This document shows positions 6,988 to 16,200 of a DNA stretch of 43,532 nt, in pieces. Origin of the DNA: an uncultured Candidatus Peribacteria bacterium (lineage in GTDB: Bacteria > Patescibacteriota > Gracilibacteria > UBA1369 > UBA12470); assembly GCA_964603905.1 (NCBI GenBank), contig CAZRWH010000006.1, positions 3,224 to 46,755 of the forward strand. Direction: 5' to 3'. The notes under the pieces were generated by a model, which saw only the letters and a list, made by a program, of their open reading frames with translations, ran no database searches and was not told the DNA's origin. The position numbers and the translations under genes are program-made. Within the stretch, counting starts at the first letter, position 1. Each line of letters opens with the position of its first letter.

Positions 6988-9549
6988 CTATTCTGGAAGA
7001 GTCTCGTAAATCCCATTTGCACTCAACTCCGACGCAATCTTACGAAGAGAACTAATCTGATCTCTGTCTAATAATGCAGTGTCATGCTCCAATTGATTTA
7101 AAATACCCCTCTCTTCTTCTTTAGACTCAGCCTTGTCCAGCTTCTGCATATAAGCAATTACTTTTTTTATAACTGGAGAATCATGTTCCCACCCATTCCT
7201 CTGATATATCTCCTTTTTAGTCTCTTCAATCAACTCAGGAGCCACCTCCGCAACACGTCGAGCAATCTCGTCTGGACCAATTCCAGCAGAATCTTGCTCA
7301 CCCTCTTCCTCTTCCGCCTCTTCTTTCCAAAAATCACCTTCTCCCCTCAACATAGCACCAGTATCATCAGTCTCTCCTTCCGGCTGAACTTCTACAGCAA
7401 CTTCAACATTGCCATCTGAATCCATGCCAGCTCTATCCATAGTATAAGCAATGTCTTTCAATAAATCCTCGCTACTATCAAGATCAAACTTCACACAACG
7501 TTTTAACTGCTTCCTGTTAAGTTGATCCCCTGTAGAAAACCATACTTCACACCTTTTAGCACGAAGTAGTCCCTTTAGATCCTCAAAATCACACGAATCC
7601 ACGATAACCGTCTGGATACTATCAGGTAAAAAGTCCCAATTCTCGATAGTCCCTTGTATTTTGTGAATCCTCAAATAAAGCAAATTAGGGCATTGCTCAA
7701 CAACTTCCCGAACAACATCTTTATGACAATCTTCAAACACAAGACCGCCTACATTCTCTGCAACAGCAGCAATCTCTTCTATATCCTCTCTGAGTTTAAG
7801 GTGATACTTTAGATCCAGTCCACTGTCCCAAGTAATACCTTCCAACATCAATCTCTCACCCCCTCCAAGAAGCCCAAAGTTACGAAAATCAACACAATCC
7901 TGACCAAGAATTTCAACAAGCTCTTTCGGAATCTCTTTAAGTTCAGGAACTTTCAAAGCCATTGGAAGTGGCAATTTAGCCAAAATACGTTTGATAAGTC
8001 CTGGCTTATTAGGTTGAGTTAAATCTTTACGTCGATTCATCCAATTTCCAAAACGATCTCCGGTAATAATATCCAAAAGAACAGACATCGCACCTTTGAT
8101 TTCCTGAACAGGGTCTCCAGCACCACTAAACTGAGGCGCCGGCACCAAAGTTCTATCCGCTTGTTCAACGGGAACAACATGTTCAACCTCTCCAGAAACA
8201 TGCTCAGCATCAATTACTACAGGGTCAGCAGCAACTTCAGCCAGTTCAGGATCCGGCAAACCGGCAACAATTCTATCCAAAATATCAGGACGACTTGGAG
8301 AAACAGTATTTCTAGGCACAGCCCTTCTTTGAGGTGGCAATTCAAAAACCTGTTCAGCGCGTTCATCCGATTCAGAACCAGATGGATCTACCCTATACAA
8401 TGAAATAGGACTCGGGAACTCATGATCTGAAGCCTCTTCTAGATCACCTTCTGCAGGCGGAAAGAACACAGGTATATCAAACTCAGAGCTTGAAACCTCT
8501 TCTGCATCTTCGGTAGCAGGCCTCGCAGGAGGTGCCAGCACAGGAAACTCAGGCAATTCAACATCAAGTTGCAAAACCGCATTAATATCTCGAATCGCAC
8601 GAGCCGCCCTATAACGAACTTCTCGGGATTCACCTGACTTCTTTTCAGATTCTAGTCGCGCCAATTCTTGAGCTATAGCCTCTTTTGTATCCAAGCTAAG
8701 ACGAACTAGAACACCATAAATTTTACTAATTTTCGCCCTCTCAACACGCTCAATTTCATCCACATCAACTGCCTGACCATCAAGCAAATAAGTATCTTTT
8801 GCGACTCCAACATTAAACCTCAGTTCGCTCACAGCTTTCTCTTGATCAAAATGACTTTGAAGCAATCCATGTTGAAGCAATGTACACGATTGAGCCAATG
8901 CATGCAGCCCCATTTGAACCAAACTATCAGCGGCTGTGCGCTCCTCTTGAGTCATAACAGGGTCAGAACCATCCGACGGATTAACAGCCACATGATTCAT
9001 TAAGTTAAGATGAGCCAAACAATGAACAAGATCCTTAACTTGATCCCCTTTTCTCAATCGAAGAAGGTTCATAAGTAGATCTCGAGCCATTAATTGCGAT
9101 TGATAGAAGTCTTTGTTAGCCAAAACAGCTTTAGAAGCATCATCAGAAGCATTCATGCCCGTTGGCAAACCGTTGCAACCCTCAAACATATCCGCATTTT
9201 CGCGATAAACACTAGTAATAATAGTCATAAGCGCTTTATGAATCAGAGCAGCTTTTCTTTGCATTGGAATATCACGACTAGATTCACGAGCTACTGAAGG
9301 CACCAATGCAAAAGTAGGCATTGCAAACTGCCTTTTCAAGCTCTCATTCGCATCATAAACCTCTCCTCCAATAAGATGCACACCCGCATAAACGCTGCGC
9401 GATTCAGGAGTAGTAGAATCTTTTTCTTCTCGCTCAGCTTTAAAGAAACCCATGTATTCCAGAGCTTCGGCAAGCTCTCGGGTAATAGGGCCTCTTTCAT
9501 CCGTAGATTCAGGACCATTACCACCCATTGTTGAAATGCTTCTAGACAT
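6988..9549 (-). CDS. large hypothetical protein (853 aa) with Pro/acidic spacer and Cys-containing LRR-like region
   Basis: Hydrophilic N-terminus. The Pro/acidic region spans aa ~335-480 and includes SSEFDIP. CPNLLYLRIHKIQGTIENWDFLPDSIQTVIVDSCDFEDLKGLL lies at nt ~7540-7932. Confidence 0.8.
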   Translation of the reverse strand: MSRSISTMGGNGPESTDERGPITRELAEALEYMGFFKAEREEKDSTTPESRSVYAGVHLIGGEVYDANESLKRQFAMPTFALVPSVARESSRDIPMQRKAALIHKALMTIITSVYRENADMFEGCNGLPTGMNASDDASKAVLANKDFYQSQLMARDLLMNLLRLRKGDQVKDLVHCLAHLNLMNHVAVNPSDGSDPVMTQEERTAADSLVQMGLHALAQSCTLLQHGLLQSHFDQEKAVSELRFNVGVAKDTYLLDGQAVDVDEIERVERAKISKIYGVLVRLSLDTKEAIAQELARLESEKKSGESREVRYRAARAIRDINAVLQLDVELPEFPVLAPPARPATEDAEEVSSSEFDIPVFFPPAEGDLEEASDHEFPSPISLYRVDPSGSESDERAEQVFELPPQRRAVPRNTVSPSRPDILDRIVAGLPDPELAEVAADPVVIDAEHVSGEVEHVVPVEQADRTLVPAPQFSGAGDPVQEIKGAMSVLLDIITGDRFGNWMNRRKDLTQPNKPGLIKRILAKLPLPMALKVPELKEIPKELVEILGQDCVDFRNFGLLGGGERLMLEGITWDSGLDLKYHLKLREDIEEIAAVAENVGGLVFEDCHKDVVREVVEQCPNLLYLRIHKIQGTIENWDFLPDSIQTVIVDSCDFEDLKGLLRAKRCEVWFSTGDQLNRKQLKRCVKFDLDSSEDLLKDIAYTMDRAGMDSDGNVEVAVEVQPEGETDDTGAMLRGEGDFWKEEAEEEEGEQDSAGIGPDEIARRVAEVAPELIEETKKEIYQRNGWEHDSPVIKKVIAYMQKLDKAESKEEERGILNQLEHDTALLDRDQISSLRKIASELSANGIYETLPE

Positions 9550-9579
9550 AATTTCAGATTAAAATTAAGAAAGAAGCCG

Positions 9580-9608
9580 ATTCTACACAGAAATCGTGCT
9601 TTTGTCAA
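9580..9608 (-). promoter_or_regulatory. sigma70-type promoter of the 853-aa gene, TTGACA-N17-TAGAAT
   Basis: The reverse complement of 9580-9608 is TTGACAaaagcacgatttctgtgTAGAAT. The -10 box lies 30 nt from the ATG. Confidence 0.65.
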
Positions 9609-9781
9609 GCGTGCCGGATCAAAAAAACACTACAACACCATGAAATTCAAAAAAGTCGCGTTTTGTCCCGGGACATTTCGCGACAATTCACTGTTTTATT
9701 GCATAATCTGCACGTCGAAAAAACACGTCTCGACTAGCGCAAGAGCCGTTTTGCCCTCGGGCAAAACACCATCCCAAAAAC

Positions 9782-9899
9782 CTTAGCTTTTTTTGTTAAG
9801 CGAAAAAGTATCAGCAGTGCTACTATTTTCTCCTGATCGTAAGATCAAGAGAAAGAGTAAGCGATGCCACGCAGGAGCTAAACAAAAAAATCCCCTAAG
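9782..9899. other. copy A of a repeated structured element: a long hairpin enclosing a ~58-nt conserved core
   Basis: Arms TTTTTTTGTTAAGC (9788-9801) and GCTAAACAAAAAAA (9877-9890), plus outer CTTAG/CTAAG. Core 9819-9877 is about 85% identical to 30514-30571. The right arm overlaps the stop codon of the 104-aa gene. Confidence 0.6.
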
Positions 9900-10209
9900 C
9901 AGTACCACTAAGATACAACTCCCTAAAATGCGCAAAAGCTTGAGCAAAAACCTGTTGATAATTTGGAAGATTCTCTCGAATATACTGCTCAACTTGTTCA
10001 GCACTCATGTCATCAGCCTCAATTCTCCCCTGGAAATCAGCTCTTTTATCCTCCGGCAAAGCCTCAAGAACAGAAAGCATCAATTTATCTTCAAGACGAA
10101 TATAAAGGTCTTGAATCATTTGTTCACGTTCAGCTTCAGGAAGCTCTGACATACCTGCCTCAACAAGTAATCCTTCAAGAAATTTCTTAATATTTGGATC
10201 CATTTCCAT
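9895..10209 (-). CDS. small acidic helical hypothetical protein (104 aa)
   Basis: ATG-initiated ORF 56 nt downstream of the giant gene stop, on the same strand. Confidence 0.6.
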   Translation of the reverse strand: MEMDPNIKKFLEGLLVEAGMSELPEAEREQMIQDLYIRLEDKLMLSVLEALPEDKRADFQGRIEADDMSAEQVEQYIRENLPNYQQVFAQAFAHFRELYLSGTA

Positions 10210-10265
10210 ATTTTTTGTGGTTTAAATTCGTTAAGAGTTTAGGTTAAAAAGGAATTAAAGTAAAT

Positions 10266-13200
10266 TTATTCACCTGGGACTTCGTCAGTACTATTTTCCA
10301 TCCATCCAGTAGCACCATCCGGCATACTCAATTCTGCATGATCATGCTCCGGTTCAACACCTTCTACCGGAACCTCGTCAGTTCCAGAAGCAACAGGAGG
10401 TGGCGCCAAATCAGGAGTTTTCACTGGTGGAAGATCTTCAATTCGAGTAGTCCCAACCGGCTCAGGAAGTTCTAAATCATCTTCGGTCACCTCTTCTGGT
10501 TCTGGTTCAGGAAGGTCTAGATCGTCTGCCTCAACCTTTGTCAAAACCTCTTCTTGTTCAGCAACCTCAAGATTTGGAACTTTTCCTTCAAACGCCATTG
10601 CTTGACCATTGCTTGCTATAACACTCTTCAGGTTTGGCCATCTATCACGCAAAGAAATAATGTCACCGTCAGGGACCTGTGTACCTGCGACGTTAAGCTC
10701 TTCAAGCAAAGGACAGTTATAAAGAGAAGTCATATCAACAAGATCTGGCGAATCACTCAGGTCCGCTTTTTTCAATCCAGAACAGTTCCTCAAAGACCCA
10801 ACATCTTTCACTCCAGAAAGATCTATCTCAGAAACATGAGCCGCGGTTTCAACAAAACCTGTAAGATACACACTCAACATTTCCCATTTCATGTTATCTG
10901 TAGCAGTTACTCTATAGGTACCATCTTCCAAAAGCTCTATGTTTTTCATGCCAACAACTTTTTCAATAAGGGAGATTGCACTTTTATCAATTCTAGGATC
11001 TGTCTTTTCTCTTTCAGAAATTGCAAACCCTCCATGATCCTCAATTTGCTCAGGAGTTTTTCCAACACTAGCAAGTGAAGGATTTACCTCCAACATATCT
11101 GTTCTCTCCGTAGCACCAATATCCAAATCGTGAAAATCCGGAACTTCAGGACCTTGCTTCTCAATTTGCAAAGAATTAATGCCAGTAGGATCAGTATCTT
11201 CAAGGACTTCCCAATCAGTGTCGATAACATCATCCATTTCAATTTGAGGAACAGGTCTAGCAGGCAAAAGATTGTATCCTTCTAAAACAGTATCATTAGC
11301 ATGATATTCATCTTTAAATCCAAACCGAACAATATCACTAGTAAAAGCTCCATTATTCTCGACAACAACACGCCTCAACAACGTAAATGTTCTCAAAACC
11401 TCCTTAACAAACTCCTCTTCAGACGCCAACTCTTCTCCTAAATAAACCTCAGTCACATAAGTCATAGATTGAAACAACTCTTTCTGACGAGCACGATACT
11501 CCGTCATAAATGTTTGCATTTGATCTTTATTCCTAAACACAATTCCAAGCTGCGACTCCGCAACCTCAATAATATCTTCGACAGAGTCAGCAATCGAAGC
11601 CGGAATACCATATTTGTCTTCCAAAACTTTGGTGTCAACTGATCCAAACCCATTAACAACCTCTTGTTGCTGTTCAAAGGTTTTACCAGGGTCTGTAACT
11701 TCTTCTTTATCTTGTTTTTCTTCGGGCTCTGGATAAACCTCTGGCGCCTCTTTAGGATCAAAAGTAGACGGATCACCTATCCTATTAATTTCAGGGTTTG
11801 GTGCTTTTTGTTCAGCAACTTCTTCCTCGGCAGGGGTGTCTTCAGTTCCAAGATTAACAGGATCTGGAGCATCAGCAACATCCAAAGGAACAGTTGGTTC
11901 AGACACAATATCAGAAACCGGCTGTGTAGACTCAACAATCGATTCCCCAGAAATACTTTCTGGGTCAATAGTTGGCTCAGAAGGCACCTCATCAGCACCA
12001 CCCAGTTGCGCTTGAAGTTCAGAAACATCAAAAATCGCTGTATCTCCACCATGAGTAGGAGGAGCAGAACCGACACCCAAAGATTGCGACATTGCAGATT
12101 TAGCACCTTCACTACTGCTAGAAGAGTAAGGGATATATCCAGCGAATATTTTTCGCCCACTATCCTCTTCAAACAAATGACCACCCGCCCCATTCAAAAG
12201 CAAAGGATAATCAACACGGAAAACCGCACCTTCAGCCCCCTGAGGAGAAGAAATACCTTCAACCTCAACATCTGAAGCTCCTTTCTCAAACTGTTCAGGC
12301 AAATCACCTTCAAGAGTGTCATACAAAGCAACATGCCTATACTCATATCCTAACTCTGCCGCCATTTTGGTAAACGTTTCAATATAACTATCTCCCTCGA
12401 CAACAGTTCTATTTATCTTGTCAGCCAAAGGTGGAAGCTCATTAGGCATCGCCTCTCTAACTATTTGCATAAATGGAGCAATTTTATATCCAAAAACTCT
12501 CAAAAGATTTCTCTTGAAAGTATTTACAACCTCTTCGGTTTTTTCTGGAGAAATATATCTACCACCACCTACAAATTCACCACTCCTAGAAATATTAAGC
12601 TCTGCTGCAGAATGCTCACGTATTCCTTTTAGTAGCACACTTAAAGCATTCGCTGCCTCACCAGAAAGAGGCATAAGTTCATGACCAGGATCATTACGAT
12701 GCTCAATCACAAAACCAATAAAACTCAACGCTTGTACCATCTCCTCAAAAGCTGCCTCGGCGCCGTTAGTTAATTGCTCAAGAAGCTCACCATAGACCGC
12801 CCAATCAACATATGGATCAAGTCCTTTCTGGCTTTCAACTGCAACAATATTTTTAGAAAGAGTAACCGCCTTATCAATATGAGTAAAATAATCAATAAGA
12901 AACGGCGAATCAATAATAGCCTTCAAAGCTTCTCGAACCTCAACATTAACAACACACGCCTCTAGAACCCCTGCATCATCCGGAAGCAACGACTCACGAA
13001 CATTCTTCGGCAATGTAAATTCATCTCCAGCTCTCTCCGGCATTTCAAGTGCAGTAGCAGACAAATTCAAAACCCAAGAATCATCCTGGTCAGGCTCTCC
13101 ATCAACAAGCTCCATCGGCTCACCGGTAAGAGCCTCATGTTCTCTTACAGCAGCTTCAACAGGCCCAATTTGCACAGGAACAAGCTCTTCAAGCAAAGGC

Positions 13201-16200
13201 TCTTGTTTAACATCTTCAGTAGTTTCTAAAACAGGTTCTTCCGGTTTCTCGGCAAACTCAGGAGCACCATCAAATTCACGCAACACCGGAGGTGGACCTG
13301 GATCGACTTGAGCTGGGTTTTCCGCAGAAACAGACCCTGAAATTGGTTCTAAGTCAAATTCAGAATGTTCTGCCTCATCTGCCACCTGCTCACTGCCATC
13401 TGTTATCTCTTCAACCTCCCCAAACGGCACAATCTTTTTGCCTAAAGGAATAAATTCTGCCCTGCCTGGATAAGGTGACGTTTTTTCTTTATCAATAAGA
13501 TGGAACACTGGACGTGCAACACGAACAATGAGAGGTCTTGCTTCGTACTCTGTATCTACATCCTCGAGAGGAAGCGCAGGAAGCCTCAATTCTCTTATTC
13601 CAATTACTTTCTCATCACGCAATTCATAGTCAAAAGCATCAGCAACATACAAAGGGATATGTTCATATTTCCCATTTAATTTCATAGAAACATTATTAAC
13701 CAAATCCCTAATACCACCAGAGAACTCAGAATGAATATCCTTGTCGTTAACCTTTAAATCCCCACATCTTGCCTCTACTTCCCCAGATAAAACAGGTACC
13801 TCGTTAGGCAAAGCTTCAACTACAAATTGAAGAGATCTGACTATAGGACAAACTACATGATTAAGAAGCATATCCATTTTGTTTCCCATTTGCCTTTGAA
13901 TCGCTTCAGGCCCCGTGCCGAAATTGTATTTAGGCTCAAACAACAAATGCTTTAATCGCAAAGCCTCGGACTCAGAAAAAGACATTTCCTCAAGGTTTTC
14001 ACTAGTAGCAAATTTTCTCAAAACATCAAAACGCAAAAGAGCATTGTAAGCACCTTTATTATAATCTTCCCACATCTCACGATACTCAGGACTAACATCA
14101 GCTTGTTTCAACAATTCATTACTATCTAATACAGCCTGCATCGTACGCTTCTCAAGAGCAGCTAATTCAGGCGAACCAACAAACTCACGATAGAATTCGA
14201 CGACAGGTCCAAAATTCTCAAAAGTATTTTTTACACTAGCAATCACATCCGGATATTCAGAAAGAGGCTTTCTTTCCCCTTCATCTATACCCAACTGCTG
14301 CGCTAAAGAATTAATATCAAAGCTTTGAGTCTCTTCAACCTGCTCACTGTCATCTGTCATCTGTGATCTGTCATCTTCTGCCGCCGTCTCTGCTCCTTGC
14401 TGACTACTGACTACTGACTCTACCGCCGCCCCACTGTCCACTGTCCTCTGTCCACTGTCCTCTGTAACCCTCTCCAACTCCGCCCTAGCCTCAGCTTCAG
14501 CAATACGAATATTCTCCCTCTCTATTGTAGTATCAATCCAATCAACAACTTGATCCCTACCTTCAAGATTCTTTTCTGGAGAACCTTCAAAAATAACTCT
14601 TCTAAGATTTGGAATGTATCTTAACTTATGAGCAATTGTAGTAATATTAAAATCAAAAACTTCGCCAGACAACTTGACCGATTTCAAACGCCTACGGAGC
14701 TCTTCATTCTCATCAATCAAAGCTCTGAACGAATAACTATGCGTAAAAATTGCATAATCGTCCAGGGTCAACTCTATGCCATCTCCCTCTTCTTCTTTTT
14801 CGAACTTCCAGCCCCTGTCACTGATTTCAGAGAGGAGAGTGTCTTCCCCCAAAAACTCCTTAACCTTTTCTTCACCCCTCAAGCTTTCTTTCGCCTTTCC
14901 AGGATAAGTTATCTTCCTCAAATTTTTCGCCCCTCTAAGAGCATCACGAACAACTTCAGGTTTTTCAATAAGAGCAGCAGGCAACATAACCTCATTCAAA
15001 GCCTCAGCAACCTCAGGACGCTTCAACTCTTCCTTAAGAACAGCAAGTTGATCCTCATCACCGATCCAAACATCAATAGCCTTGCCCTCAGCCTGCTCTT
15101 GAATGTTTTCAAACTTACCTTCAAGACTTTTTGCAACAGAAACTACATCGACAGACTCAACATCTTTCTCAGTTGGTTTCTCCACATCGTCCAACTCAGG
15201 ACCAACAGGCCCAGGTCCAACTGGAGGCACACCTCCGTCATCTATATATGGGTCCGTTGAATCTTGTTCATCGTCTAAATCGTCAGAGTCGCCATAAAGG
15301 AATTCATGTAATTTATCGCTAACATCAAAAACCTCCACCCATCTTCCATCCTTCCTAAATCCAATCCTCTGTAAATTAACCGCCTTTTTAAGAACCTCTT
15401 TCAATCTTGGTAAATCCGTAAACTCTTCATCAAGGGAAATATACCCCAGTACATTTGCAACATCAGGGTCATTCAATTCCTCCTCCAGCAAGTCAATTTG
15501 AGACTCATAAGCTCCAAGTATCGCAATATAATCACCAGGCTCATTATCCACAATCATAGCCCCCTGAAACTTGCCCGAAAGTCTATTTTTTATAGCCAGT
15601 TTTTTCTCGTGAAAAAGATCCTCCTCAGAATCAACCGGAGGAGACCCACCAAGAACTATAACTACAGGGTTCAAAAATCTTTCAACAGCCTCCCTATCTT
15701 CATAATATTCCTTATTAGGCAAATACAAACCTTCTAAATTCTTTGCTTTTTTTAGTATTCTTATAAGCTTTTGTTTCTGCTCAAAATCAAACTCGTCCTT
15801 AATCCCAATTTGATACAATACCTTAACAACATCAGGGTCATTAAGCTCTTCATCTAAAATATCAAGCTGGTCTGGACCTAAATTCATATAAATCATATTT
15901 TTTTCTCGGTCTGTAGGATGACCGACCATCATAGCCCCATCAAACTTTTTCGAAAACCTCATTCTTATAGCCTGACAATCGTCGTAAGGAAGACCAGACT
16001 CAATAGCAGGATCTTCAATCTCCCCAATCGGAGCTACTTTGAGATCAGATGGTTGTTCCGCATCTGCTCCTTGCTCTCTGCTCTCTGCCATCTCTTCCAC
16101 CGCCCCACTGTCCACTGTCCCCTGTTCACTACCCACTGTCCCCCCCGAAGGCCCAACAGGCTCACTTGCATCAGCAGGTCCATCAATCGGCTCCAAGTTA

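Noticed and set aside
9640-9786. A 48-aa Cys-containing plus-strand ORF (MKFKKVAFCPGTFRDN...) in the 345-nt spacer.
   Set aside because: It runs opposite to all neighbouring genes and is made up of the hairpin and repeat elements. No promoter was found, and nothing else in the sequence supports it.
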